Origin: a virus
Lineage: Duplodnaviria > Caudoviricetes
DNA: 36,498 nt
IMG/VR virus record: IMGVR_UViG_3300045912_000206
Span: 1 to 36,498 of that record
Reading direction: 5' to 3' (one strand)
The notes under the pieces are model-generated. The model ran no database searches and was not told the DNA's origin. It worked only from the letters and a program-made list of their open reading frames with translations. Position numbers and translations under genes: made by a program. Shown here piece by piece: positions 1-9,340 of the stretch (the first letter of the stretch is position 1; every line of letters begins with the position of its first letter).

Positions 1-201
1 ACGGCTCCCGGAACGCCAAAAACCGGGCCAGCAGGCGCTCCCAATGAAGGCGGTAAGCGGGTGTGGACCCGCGCTGAACTCCGCGCCTTGTACGCGAAGA
101 GGAACGAGTATACCCGTCGTGGGAAGCCTATCCCCGACTCCCTCCAGAAGGAGGAACGGGAACTCTCGAAAGCTCTCGCCGAAGGCCGGGTTGTTGGTTA
201 A
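1..201 (+). CDS. 3' end of probable capsid scaffolding protein (partial)
   Basis: Frame 1 is open from base 1 to TAA at 199-201 (…KRVWTRAELRALY…EERELSKALAEGRVVG*). It lies directly upstream of the major capsid gene; the function is inferred from position. Confidence 0.6.
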   Translation, partial: TAPGTPKTGPAGAPNEGGKRVWTRAELRALYAKRNEYTRRGKPIPDSLQKEERELSKALAEGRVVG

Positions 202-228
202 CCGTTTTTTGTTTGAGGAGTAACTGCA

Positions 229-1215
229 ATGGCTTATCCTGTAGCTAGTTCCCCGTGGTCTGGGCTTAATCCGACCCCGGCCTACTCGGGTACGTTCATC
301 CCCGAGGTCTGGTCTGGCAAGCTCATCGAGAAGTTCTATGCCGCGACGGTGCTTGGCGCCATCGCGAACACGGACTACGAAGGTGAGATCCGGAACCAAG
401 GCGATCTTGTCAAGATCCGCACGCGTCCGACGATCCAGATCGATAACTACTCTGCCAATCAGGACCTCACGGTTCGTCGGCCGGGTAGCAACATCGTCGA
501 GCTGCTGATCGACAAGGGCAAGTACTTCAATCTCGCGCTCGACGACGTGATGGAGATCCAGTCGGACATCGACCTGCTCTCCACGTGGTCTGAAGATGCT
601 GCCGAGCAGATGAAGATTGCTGTCGACACCGACGTGCTGAACTACCTCGCCACTACCACCGACATCAATACCCTCAATCGGGGCCTTAATGCCGGTAAGG
701 TGACGGGGGACATCAACCTCGGTGAGTACGGCGTGCCGGTGTTCGTCAATTCTGCTTCGCAGGGCACTGGCGCTGGTAACAACAGCTCCAACGACAAGTC
801 CATCACCGACTACATCGTCGAGTGTGGTCAGGTCCTCGACGAGCAGAACATCCCCGAGTCTGGTCGGTGGATGGTCGTGCCCGCGTGGTTCGCTGCGAAG
901 ATCAAGAAGTCCGAACTGAAGGATGCCTCGCTGGCCGGCGACGGCACGAGCATCCTGCGGAACGGGCGGATTGGCATGATCGACCGGTTCACGCTGTACC
1001 TGTCGAACCTGCTGCTCCCGCAGGACAACTACGACGACGAGTACCCGGTCCTGTTCGGTACCAATGCTGCGCTGACCTTCGCTGCGCAGTTCACCAAGAT
1101 GGAGACGATCCGCTCCGAGCGGTCCTTCTCCAACCTGCTCCGTGGCCTGCAGGTCTACGGCTACAAGGTGGTGAACGGTGTCGCGATCGGTCGTGGTGTT
1201 GTAACCAAGGGCTAA
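229..1215 (+). CDS. Major capsid protein
   Basis: 328 aa with GAGGAG RBS. The N-terminal FIPEVWSGKLIEKFY…NTDYEGEI…GD.VKI and C-terminal RGLQVYGYKVV are typical of HK97-fold podophage coat proteins. A terminator follows. Confidence 0.92.
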   Translation: MAYPVASSPWSGLNPTPAYSGTFIPEVWSGKLIEKFYAATVLGAIANTDYEGEIRNQGDLVKIRTRPTIQIDNYSANQDLTVRRPGSNIVELLIDKGKYFNLALDDVMEIQSDIDLLSTWSEDAAEQMKIAVDTDVLNYLATTTDINTLNRGLNAGKVTGDINLGEYGVPVFVNSASQGTGAGNNSSNDKSITDYIVECGQVLDEQNIPESGRWMVVPAWFAAKIKKSELKDASLAGDGTSILRNGRIGMIDRFTLYLSNLLLPQDNYDDEYPVLFGTNAALTFAAQFTKMETIRSERSFSNLLRGLQVYGYKVVNGVAIGRGVVTKG

Positions 1216-1227
1216 GCCCTGACGAAC

Positions 1228-1261
1228 CCCGGGGGGCTGTGACAGGCCCCCCGGGTTTCTT
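1228..1261 (+). terminator. Rho-independent terminator after capsid gene
   Basis: 10-bp stem CCCGGGGGGC (1228-1237) / GCCCCCCGGG (1246-1255), 8-nt loop, followed by TTTCTT. Confidence 0.8.
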
Positions 1262-1275
1262 AACGGGAGGAGCCC

Positions 1276-1644
1276 ATGGCTACGTATCAGACGATCATCG
1301 ACGATAGCCGGGTTCTGCTTCAGGACACGGTAGACAACCGGTTTTCGGACGCCGACCTCGTAGCCGTACTCAACCGCGGCTTGCTGGAACTTGCACGCCT
1401 GCGTCCTGACGCGTTCTACACCCTGTACGACGCGAACTCCCTGAACGTACCTCGCATCACTGCCGGGACCCCCGGCTCTGGCGAGACTGCTCTTTCCGCC
1501 GAGGTTGACGTCGAGGATCAGTTCATCCCCGCACTTGTGAACTACGTCGTTGCGGTTACCGAGATCACGAACGACGAGTTCACTGTGGACGGTCGTGCGA
1601 TGACGTTGCTTCAGCAGTTCCGCTCGACGCTGTTGGGGGTCTGA
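1276..1644 (+). CDS. Head-tail adaptor/connector-like virion protein
   Basis: 122 aa with GGAGGAG RBS. The pattern II…R.LLQD…R.SD.DL…LN.G…LARLRPDA…ALVNYVV resembles phage adaptor families; it follows the capsid gene. Confidence 0.7.
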   Translation: MATYQTIIDDSRVLLQDTVDNRFSDADLVAVLNRGLLELARLRPDAFYTLYDANSLNVPRITAGTPGSGETALSAEVDVEDQFIPALVNYVVAVTEITNDEFTVDGRAMTLLQQFRSTLLGV

Positions 1645-1646
1645 TC

Positions 1647-2345
1647 ATGACCGACTCGGTCTTCCTCGAAGGTACTGGGTGCGAGTGCGATGTCACGCTA
1701 GACACGTGGCTCAAGGACGCCCTCCCGCTGACGCCCGGGCTGGTGCGCGCTGTCGCTGCCCGCGAGCTTGTCCTCGCTGCCCGCGAGTTCTTTGAGCGGT
1801 CCTACGCGTGGCGCGTGCGCATGTCGAACATCGCTGCTCGGACCGGTGACAAGGAGTACTGGCTTTCGCCGTACGACGAGTTCTCCAACGTGGTGGCTGT
1901 CCTTCGTGTCATGTTCAAGCCTACTGACACGAATGCCTACAGTCAGCTAGCGCCGATCGCCGCCCCGCCACTCGAGCCGGACTCGTCCTCGAACAGGCCG
2001 GTGGCGTACTACGTCAGCAACCCACCTGACGCCGTCAAGGTCTACCCGCAGCTCGAGTCGGACGGTCTCGGCACGTTGGCTGTGGACGTTGCCCTGACCC
2101 CGAAGCAGTCAGTCGAGCACCTGCCCCGCATTGCCGCAATCAAGTTCTACGACGCGATCCTCAACGGGTACTTGGCGAGGGTTCTTCTGCACCCAAACAA
2201 GCCGTACTCGAACCTCATTCTTGCCGGTGAGCATCGTCGACGATTCCTGTCGGAGATTGGCCGCTGGCGTTCTGAAGCTGACACCGGTTTCAACGGTACC
2301 CAGAACTGGGTGTTCCCCGGTGGCTGGAACGTGGCGCGACGTTAA
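1647..2345 (+). CDS. Tail adaptor / tail tubular A-like protein
   Basis: 232 aa with AAREFFERS.AWR and ALTPKQ…AIL.G.LARVL..PNKPYSN patterns; structural operon context. Confidence 0.65.
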   Translation: MTDSVFLEGTGCECDVTLDTWLKDALPLTPGLVRAVAARELVLAAREFFERSYAWRVRMSNIAARTGDKEYWLSPYDEFSNVVAVLRVMFKPTDTNAYSQLAPIAAPPLEPDSSSNRPVAYYVSNPPDAVKVYPQLESDGLGTLAVDVALTPKQSVEHLPRIAAIKFYDAILNGYLARVLLHPNKPYSNLILAGEHRRRFLSEIGRWRSEADTGFNGTQNWVFPGGWNVARR

Positions 2346-2971
2346 TGACTGCACGTGTTTATCCCGTTGCGGCACAGGCTCTGGTCGACGAGACCCTTGA
2401 CTGGCAGGGCGGTACTTTCAAGGCGCTGCTCCTCGCGCAAGGCTTCGTGTACAGCGCATCCAACGTGCACCGTAGCGACATAGATGACACGTTCGTAATC
2501 GATACAAGCAACGCGATCGACGTACCAGAGGTGACCGGTGAAGGGGATGCTCGAATCTACTCTGCGCGGTCGCCCATAAAGTGGGCGCAGATACTTGATG
2601 ATCGCTCTGCCTACCATGTAGTCCTGTTCGAGGACACCGGCACGCCTACCACTTCGCGCCTTGTAGCTTACTGGGGGCCTGACAGCATTCTCGGCACTCC
2701 ACTGGAGCTGAACGGAGAGGACTATTTTCTGTACGCGTATGCGGAGAATGGCGGGTACTTCCGGGTTGTCCCGGGGGAGACAGTGGGCCAGCTCTCTACC
2801 ACGCCCCTTGCCGCCAACCTGACGCTTGGCGAGACCATTGGTGCGCCAGCTTTGCTGGCCTTCGATGTCTACCTCGGCCGCCGCCTGCTTGCCAGCGATC
2901 GTGCGTGCGCACCGCGATCTGGGGTAGAATCCTGCTGCCAGCCGGTGATCTCGAGGTCGTCATGCGCATAG
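2345..2971 (+). CDS. Conserved virion structural protein
   Basis: 208 aa, coupled to the previous gene by a TAATG overlap. LDW…TFKALL…SDI…VVLFEDTG..TSRLVAY resembles a widespread minor tail protein pattern. Confidence 0.55.
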   Translation: MTARVYPVAAQALVDETLDWQGGTFKALLLAQGFVYSASNVHRSDIDDTFVIDTSNAIDVPEVTGEGDARIYSARSPIKWAQILDDRSAYHVVLFEDTGTPTTSRLVAYWGPDSILGTPLELNGEDYFLYAYAENGGYFRVVPGETVGQLSTTPLAANLTLGETIGAPALLAFDVYLGRRLLASDRACAPRSGVESCCQPVISRSSCA

Positions 2972-3282
2972 GGGCCTACAGCATCCTTGGGCGTTATGTC
3001 CAGCAGCCGAACGAAGTTCGCCGCCGGCTGGTGAACTATTCCCGTTGGCTGGAAGAAGGTGAGCGCATTACTACGGTGACCGCGGCGGTCGACAACGCGA
3101 CTACTCCGCCGTTTGAGATCACCAACATCGTGCTCGGCCCCGACTTGGACCGCTTCGCGTACTACGCCGAGGGCGGGGTCAGCGGCGAGGAGTACACCGT
3201 TACGTTCACGGTGACGACCAGCGCCGGACAGACCCGAGAGGACGAGATCCTCTTCGACGTGAGGGAGATTCAGCGTGGCTAA
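2962..3282 (+). CDS. Small tail-fibre adaptor-like protein
   Basis: ATG at 2962 with GAGGT upstream is preferred over 2905. QQP.E.RR..VNYS.WL..GE.I…GG..GE.Y.VT..VTTS.G.T.EDEI suggests a beta-rich fold. Confidence 0.6.
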   Translation: MRIGAYSILGRYVQQPNEVRRRLVNYSRWLEEGERITTVTAAVDNATTPPFEITNIVLGPDLDRFAYYAEGGVSGEEYTVTFTVTTSAGQTREDEILFDVREIQRG

Positions 3283-4333
3283 GCAGCTCTTCTCGAACAA
3301 CGCAAGCAGCCTCCTCGCTGCCAGCATTACTCCAACCACTACGGTCATTCAGGTTGCGTCTGGGGCGGCGTTTCCGAGTCCGACTGGTGGCAATTACTTC
3401 GTGGCCGCCCTTGTGAATGCCGATGGCGACCTTGAGATCGTGAAGTGCACCAGTAGAACCGGCAACCTGTTGACGGTGGTGCGTGGGCAGGAGGGCACTT
3501 CAGCTCAGTCGTGGGTCCTGAACACGACACGTGTGGAGCTGAGGCTTACCTCCGGCACCATGGACAACTTGCTGCAGAAGGATGGCGACACTGTTACTGG
3601 CGATATCGACTTCGCTACCAACAAGATCAAGAACGCTCGTCTTACCGGGACGACTGTTGTTGAGGGCGGCATTCTTGCTGGCACCGCAATACGCGGATCG
3701 GAGACCAATTCGTCTAACCAGATCCTCGTGCCAGCTGATGGTACTCGCGCTACTGCTGGCGGGCAGAGGCTCGTGGTCGAGACCGACCCAGTGATGACAC
3801 GGTTCCCGACCGGCGCCATCATCATGTGGTTTGGTTCGCTGTTGTCCATCCCGACCGGGTGGGCGCTCTGCGATGGTACGAATGGTACCCCCGACCTGCG
3901 TGGCCGGTTCGTTCGCGGTGCCGGCGGCCCCACCTCGCTCAACGAGACGGGCGGGTGGAGCGGCTCGTCGATTAACGTCGACCCCGGCGGCGGTCACACT
4001 CACCCGCTGACCATCGGCTCCACTACTCTGACTGTTGAGCAGATGCCTGCGCACGGTCACAGGATCTGGGCCACTCCCGGTTCTGGTTCTGCACCGCGTT
4101 CTCTCACACTGACGACTGTGGGTGCTACGGGTGACGGGAATAACGCCGCGTTCTCCAGCTACATCACGAACACTGGTGACGGCAATAGGATCATTGAGCA
4201 GACTGGTGGCGGTGAGGCCCACACTCACACTGCCACTATGACGGCGGCAAGCGCGCACCAGCACTCTGTTCCCACCAGCACCATCGTACCACCGTACACC
4301 GGCATCTACTACATCATGAAGGTGGCAAGCTGA
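3275..4333 (+). CDS. Tail fibre with N-terminal anchor and tail-collar domain
   Basis: 352 aa. Collar motif PTGAIIMWFG…IPTGWALCDGTNGTPDLRGRFVRGAG, followed by four HxH motifs (HTH, HGH, HTH, HQH) and a terminal PPY..IYYIMK. Confidence 0.85.
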   Translation: MAKQLFSNNASSLLAASITPTTTVIQVASGAAFPSPTGGNYFVAALVNADGDLEIVKCTSRTGNLLTVVRGQEGTSAQSWVLNTTRVELRLTSGTMDNLLQKDGDTVTGDIDFATNKIKNARLTGTTVVEGGILAGTAIRGSETNSSNQILVPADGTRATAGGQRLVVETDPVMTRFPTGAIIMWFGSLLSIPTGWALCDGTNGTPDLRGRFVRGAGGPTSLNETGGWSGSSINVDPGGGHTHPLTIGSTTLTVEQMPAHGHRIWATPGSGSAPRSLTLTTVGATGDGNNAAFSSYITNTGDGNRIIEQTGGGEAHTHTATMTAASAHQHSVPTSTIVPPYTGIYYIMKVAS

Positions 4334-4641
4334 TGGCTTTCATCTTTGCCAACAACGTGTCGGACATTACGACTGTGGCGATCGCTGCTGGCGATACCAC
4401 GATCACGGTCTCTAACGGGGGTCTTTTCCCTGACCCTGACCCGTACTACGACGAGTTCGTGATCGTGGTCCGCGACCCCGCCACCGGTGTTCGCGAGATC
4501 ATGTACTGCGACCAGCGCGAGTACAACGTGCTGTCTGTTCTGCGGGCGCGGGAGGGCACCACTGCGCAGGCGTTCCCTGTTGGCGCTCAGGTCACCATGC
4601 CGATTACTGCGGGGATTCTTGAATACTTGAGGGACCTCTGA
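4333..4641 (+). CDS. Stand-alone fibre anchor-domain protein
   Basis: 102 aa with TGATG overlaps on both sides. It aligns by eye with the first ~100 aa of both flanking proteins. Confidence 0.7.
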   Translation: MAFIFANNVSDITTVAIAAGDTTITVSNGGLFPDPDPYYDEFVIVVRDPATGVREIMYCDQREYNVLSVLRAREGTTAQAFPVGAQVTMPITAGILEYLRDL

Positions 4642-7487
4642 TGCTGGAGTTCCGCAAGTTTCTGTTCAAGAACTTCGCCCGATCTACCCTTGTAGCGGCT
4701 GTCTCAGCGTCAGACACGGTTTTTTCGCTTGTGGGTGGTAGCGGGGCGCTGTTCCCGTCGCCGTCCACGGCCTCGTACCCAGACTCCATCTTCAGTCTGG
4801 TCGTCTTCGATGATGCCGGCAATTTCGAGGTTTGCTACTGCACCGGACGGTCCGGTGACAGCCTGACCGTAGAGCGGGGGGTGGAGGGCACCGTCGCGCG
4901 TGCTTTCCCGGCTGGCGCTGTCGTTGTGCACACGGTGACGAAGGGCTTCTTGGATCAGCTCTCGGTCGTCGCAGACGCTCCGTCGACCGTCGTACTGTCT
5001 GGCTCGTTTGGTGGCACGTCCTTTGAGCTTAGCTGGACTGCAGCTACTCCGGCCACCGACGACATCATCCTTCGGTACGAGATATACCGGCGGGTGAACG
5101 CTGGGGCCTACAGCTTGCTTGCTGAGGTCGACGGCGATGTGACGGGGTACCTTGACGAATCCATCGACGCCTTGAACAACAGCTATGACTGGTACGTTGT
5201 ACCGGTCGGCTTGTTTGGCGGAGATGGCCCGGCTTCCAACGTCGTGAACCAGCCGCAGGTCAGCTTCCTGCCGCCTTCTGCGTCGGTGTTGACCGGCACG
5301 CGCAATGGTGGTGACTACGATCTGTCGTGGACCGTTGCTACGCCCGGCTCTGGTGACACGCTGGCTTCGTACAAGGTCTACCGGCGTGTAAATGGTGGGC
5401 CGTATACGTTGCTTGCGACGGTCACTGCGCCCGCTACCACGTACACCGACACTACCGTCGACCTCGACGAGAACTCCTACAATTGGTACGTCAGGGCGGT
5501 CGGTACCCTCGCCGGCGAAGGGCCTAGCTCAAACATCGTTGGTTGGGGCGACCTGACCTACGTTGATTCCGTGTGCATCAACACTAACCCGACGTCCAAC
5601 GTGACTATCAGCCCGCCGAGCGGTGCTGAAGAAGGCGACTTCCTCCTGTGGTGTCTGCTAATCAAGAAGGGCAACGCTACTACCTTGCCGGCTGGGTGGA
5701 CTCCTCTAAATCAGCGGAACGGTAACAACGATTCCACGCACGGTGATCGTTCTTCGTCTCAGAACAGCAATTTTGAGCTGCTTTACGCCTACCGGTTTTT
5801 GGCTGCTGGGGATACGACTTGGACGCTCACGATCACTGACGCCGCTGCGTATCTCATTTCCTGCATCCACGCGTTCCGTGGGGTTAGGGTGTCTCGTCCG
5901 ATTGGGCAGATAGTTCCGACGCTCGCCCCACCCGTATCTGCTGCTGCCAATCTGGATTCCGGAGCGTTCGTCGCTACGCCGTACATGGACAACCTTGCCC
6001 CCGGCGGCAAGTTTGTGTTTGTTTCGTCGGTAATCAGAAATGATAGCACTAACCCGGTTGGCACTCTTCAGATGGTCGGCGACACGCCAGACTTTCTTGA
6101 AGGGCACAACCGTACCCCGCCCACCGGTGCCTCGCGGTACGGGCTTGTGACTGCTATCGTCACCCCAGAGCAAAACGAGCTGCAGAACCTTGTACCCTAC
6201 AACCATCGAAATCTTGCGTCGCTATCCAAGACAGCGATAGTTGTAACAGACAACGCTACTAGCAATACCCCATCGACGCTGAACCCCACCGAGACTGATA
6301 ACTCGCGGCATGAGGTGTATTTTGATGTCACCCTGACTGGCGGGCAGGTCTACACATTGGCGGCGGCCATGTGCGAATCTGGGGGCTCGACGTACAACTA
6401 CATGCGGGTTACCAACGTGCCCAGCGGTGGTTCTTTCACTGCAGGCATGGTCTTCAATTCTGGGTCAACCGGCCGCTGGAAGACCGCCGATCTTGGTAGT
6501 GGTCTGAGCAACGCGTCGTTTTCCAATGGGGCGTTCCCCGGGGCATTCGCACCGGGGCACACTGTATCTGGTACCTTCACGCCGCCTTCGACTGGCACGT
6601 ACCGTGTTGCGTTTGGGTCTACCATCAGCTCGACATCCGACATTAGTCCGCCTGCTGATTTTTTGCACGCCAACACGCAGGGCGGCTGGCTTGGCCTGTA
6701 CAAAGGGGAGTTCCTGCCGTCGCTGTCCAAAGGGCAGATTCGTACCAGTGGTTCAGCGATTACGTCCGCAGTGGGCGTTGGGCGCAGGCGCATAAACGGG
6801 GTTTCTTCCACTAATGATAGTGTGCTTGGTTGTGCGTTTGAGCTGATTCCAGTCGGGCAGATTGCTGAGCCAGCTCGAGTGTCTGGCGGCGACTATCTTG
6901 GGTTTAGCGAGACGGCAGGGGGGCTCACTGTCGGACCTCCGGTGTTCAACGTGTCGCGCGTTACGGGGTTCCCGTTGCATGTTGTTCATCCTGCGTATGG
7001 GCCAGATAAGTATTACTTTGAGGCCACTGTTGCGGCGTCGCCGTTTGAAAGCTCTTCGGGTGAACGCACGTTTGTTGGCGTCTGCACAGCCCATCAGGGT
7101 CACACGTTGGTTGGTAGCGGCGTACTGTTCGGCGCCTTTATGGAGAATAGGGTCGGGACCTACACGTACGGCGACAAGGGTACGGTGTACGCTGACGGCT
7201 CTGTGTTCACCACTTCCGCCCCTACGTTCACCGCCGGCGACACGGTTTGTGTTGGTATCGACTTTGCTGCCAACGAGGTCAAGTTCTGGAAGATTGTCTC
7301 TGGCTCGCGCGTGCTGGCTGCGACAGTATCGATTGGCTCTTTGTACCAGAATGTCCCTCTGCGTCCGCTGATTATGGCCACCAACGTTAACTCCATCGAG
7401 CGTGCAGTCACAGTTAACTTCACTGGACCATTCATAGACCAGCCCGCCGGCTACTCGGCCTACGATTGGGAGAATGAGGTGCCCTAA
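4641..7487 (+). CDS. Large tail appendage / receptor-binding protein (anchor + 2 FN3-like repeats + C-terminal SPRY-like domain)
   Basis: 948 aa. Two repeats LSWT.AT…Y..YRRVN.G.Y.LLA.V…Y.D..D…NSY.WYV..VG…G.GP.SN. The C-terminal KYYFEATV…VGV…F.AGDTV.VGIDF…V.FWK is SPRY-like. Confidence 0.75.
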   Translation: MLEFRKFLFKNFARSTLVAAVSASDTVFSLVGGSGALFPSPSTASYPDSIFSLVVFDDAGNFEVCYCTGRSGDSLTVERGVEGTVARAFPAGAVVVHTVTKGFLDQLSVVADAPSTVVLSGSFGGTSFELSWTAATPATDDIILRYEIYRRVNAGAYSLLAEVDGDVTGYLDESIDALNNSYDWYVVPVGLFGGDGPASNVVNQPQVSFLPPSASVLTGTRNGGDYDLSWTVATPGSGDTLASYKVYRRVNGGPYTLLATVTAPATTYTDTTVDLDENSYNWYVRAVGTLAGEGPSSNIVGWGDLTYVDSVCINTNPTSNVTISPPSGAEEGDFLLWCLLIKKGNATTLPAGWTPLNQRNGNNDSTHGDRSSSQNSNFELLYAYRFLAAGDTTWTLTITDAAAYLISCIHAFRGVRVSRPIGQIVPTLAPPVSAAANLDSGAFVATPYMDNLAPGGKFVFVSSVIRNDSTNPVGTLQMVGDTPDFLEGHNRTPPTGASRYGLVTAIVTPEQNELQNLVPYNHRNLASLSKTAIVVTDNATSNTPSTLNPTETDNSRHEVYFDVTLTGGQVYTLAAAMCESGGSTYNYMRVTNVPSGGSFTAGMVFNSGSTGRWKTADLGSGLSNASFSNGAFPGAFAPGHTVSGTFTPPSTGTYRVAFGSTISSTSDISPPADFLHANTQGGWLGLYKGEFLPSLSKGQIRTSGSAITSAVGVGRRRINGVSSTNDSVLGCAFELIPVGQIAEPARVSGGDYLGFSETAGGLTVGPPVFNVSRVTGFPLHVVHPAYGPDKYYFEATVAASPFESSSGERTFVGVCTAHQGHTLVGSGVLFGAFMENRVGTYTYGDKGTVYADGSVFTTSAPTFTAGDTVCVGIDFAANEVKFWKIVSGSRVLAATVSIGSLYQNVPLRPLIMATNVNSIERAVTVNFTGPFIDQPAGYSAYDWENEVP
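4974..5550 (+). repeat. Tandem duplicated FN3-like domain (approximate bounds)
   Basis: Two ~95-aa copies: ELSWTAATP…YEIYRRVNAGAYSLLAEV…NSYDWYV and DLSWTVATP…YKVYRRVNGGPYTLLATV…NSYNWYV. Confidence 0.8.
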
Positions 7488-9340
7488 TGGCTGGTATCGG
7501 CATCAAGCTGGAGATGTTTCAGGGGCTGGCGCCTCGGGTATCCGAGCGCCTGCTGGCTCCCATGGCAGCGACCGTTGCCCAGAACACGAAGCTGCTGAAC
7601 GGTGAGATTCGTGGGTTTCGCGCGCCGCGTGAAATTACTCGGTTCGATGAGTATTTCACCGTTCGCCGTGCGTTCGTCGTTCCGGACGAGGGCGACTACT
7701 ACGATGACAAGTGGCTGGTGTTTGGCAACCGGAACGTGGACGTAGTCCGCTCTCCGTTGGTCAACGACGCGTTCGACCGCTACTACATAGCTGGCGGCGG
7801 CGAGCGTACCACCATGACCACGTACAGCCGCATCCACAACGGGCTTCCGCCGCTCATCCTTGGTGTACCTCGTCCGGTCAACGCCCCGACCGTGGTGCCC
7901 GGGTCGGTCGGTAGCGACGTTAGGTCCTACGTCTACACGTTCGTCTCCGCCTACGGTGAGGAGGGGCAACCGTCTGACCCGACATTGGTCGATGGTGACG
8001 GTACTTCTACGTGGGCCATTAGCGGGATGGATACCACTGTACCAAACGCTGCAGACCGGAACATCGTCAAGAAGCGCATCTACCGCACTGTGGCTGGCGA
8101 GGTATCGACGGCGTTCTTCTTTGTAGCCGAGGTCGCACTGAATGTGGCCACCTACAACGATAACCAGCCGGATACTACTGTTGCATCTAACCAGCTGCTC
8201 GAGTCTACGACGTGGGCCGAGCCGCCAGCCGACCTTGACGGCATTGTCGCCATGCCGAACGGCTACCTGATCGGGTGGAAGGGCCGGCGACTGTTGTTCT
8301 CCGAGCCGTACCGCCCGCACGCGTGGCCCGTCGAGTACGAGCTGTCTACCGAGTTCCCGATCGTCGGTGCGGCTGTGTGGGGGTCTACTGTCGTCATTGG
8401 CACCGAGTCGAAGCCGTACTTCGGGCAGGGCACGACACCTGCCGGGTTCACGCTTGAAAAGATGGACGCTGTTGAGCCTTGCCTGTCTAAGCGCAGCATG
8501 GTCGCCACGACAGCGGGCGTCTACTACGCCTCGATCAACGGTCTGGTCATGGCCAATTCCGGCGGTGCGCAGGTCATCACGCAAGACATCCTGACGAAGG
8601 AAGAATGGGCGGCCTACAACCCGTCCAACATTTTTGCCGCACAGCTAGGGTTGCAGTACATCGCGTTCTACGACGGCTCCAACGGGCTGGTGTTTACCCC
8701 CACTGAGCCAACCGTCAAGCTGGTAACCCTGTCTGGATTTTCTGGTGTGGTCGGTATTGAGACCGATCGCTATACCGGTAACGTGAACCTGATTTATCAG
8801 GGCCGCTTGTGGGAGTGGGATCCGGAGCAAGTCGAGCGGTTTTTCTGGCGGTGGCAATCGAAGGTCTACCAGACCCCGAAGCCGGTTAACTTCGGAGCAA
8901 TCCGCATTCAGTTCGACGCCACCGACAACGACGTGTCTGACGATGCTAGGGAGTACTACGGTACGTACAACGATGCCCTCTTCGCTGCCGGCGTACCGAT
9001 TGACACGCTTGGTGGACACGTGCTGTGCGGGTTCCCGGCGCAGGCTGCCGGTGAGGTTCTTGATTGGACCGAGCCGGAGATCAGGCAGCCGCTGTGTGGC
9101 GGCCTGCTGTACGACATCGGCTTCCAGTCCGTGCAGACGCCGGCTGTGCGGTGCACTCTGTACGCGTGGGACAAAAGTGGCAACAGGTTTGTGGCCTTTG
9201 ACCGGGTCGTCAGCACCGAGCGTATCCTGCGTCCGTCGACCGGCTTCAAGTCCGACCGGTGGCAGGTGGAGCTGACTGGCAACACGACTGTGTATAGTGT
9301 GCAGATTGCTGAAACCCCGAAAGGACTGGCGGCCGTATGA
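7487..9340 (+). CDS. Tail nozzle / tail tubular B-like protein
   Basis: 617 aa, beta-rich, with RSYVYTFVSAYGEEG.PS.P, RIYRT and FSEPY.PHAWP..Y motifs typical of podophage tail proteins. Confidence 0.75.
   Translation: MAGIGIKLEMFQGLAPRVSERLLAPMAATVAQNTKLLNGEIRGFRAPREITRFDEYFTVRRAFVVPDEGDYYDDKWLVFGNRNVDVVRSPLVNDAFDRYYIAGGGERTTMTTYSRIHNGLPPLILGVPRPVNAPTVVPGSVGSDVRSYVYTFVSAYGEEGQPSDPTLVDGDGTSTWAISGMDTTVPNAADRNIVKKRIYRTVAGEVSTAFFFVAEVALNVATYNDNQPDTTVASNQLLESTTWAEPPADLDGIVAMPNGYLIGWKGRRLLFSEPYRPHAWPVEYELSTEFPIVGAAVWGSTVVIGTESKPYFGQGTTPAGFTLEKMDAVEPCLSKRSMVATTAGVYYASINGLVMANSGGAQVITQDILTKEEWAAYNPSNIFAAQLGLQYIAFYDGSNGLVFTPTEPTVKLVTLSGFSGVVGIETDRYTGNVNLIYQGRLWEWDPEQVERFFWRWQSKVYQTPKPVNFGAIRIQFDATDNDVSDDAREYYGTYNDALFAAGVPIDTLGGHVLCGFPAQAAGEVLDWTEPEIRQPLCGGLLYDIGFQSVQTPAVRCTLYAWDKSGNRFVAFDRVVSTERILRPSTGFKSDRWQVELTGNTTVYSVQIAETPKGLAAV

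Noticed and set aside
822-1307. -1 frame ORF running past the capsid stop (possible T7 10B-like frameshift extension)
   Set aside because: No slippery heptamer near the capsid 3' end, and the extension would run through the terminator and add only a short non-domain peptide.
4641-7487. Possible diversity-generating retroelement target at the appendage C-terminus
   Set aside because: No reverse transcriptase and no template/variable repeat pair seen in the window.
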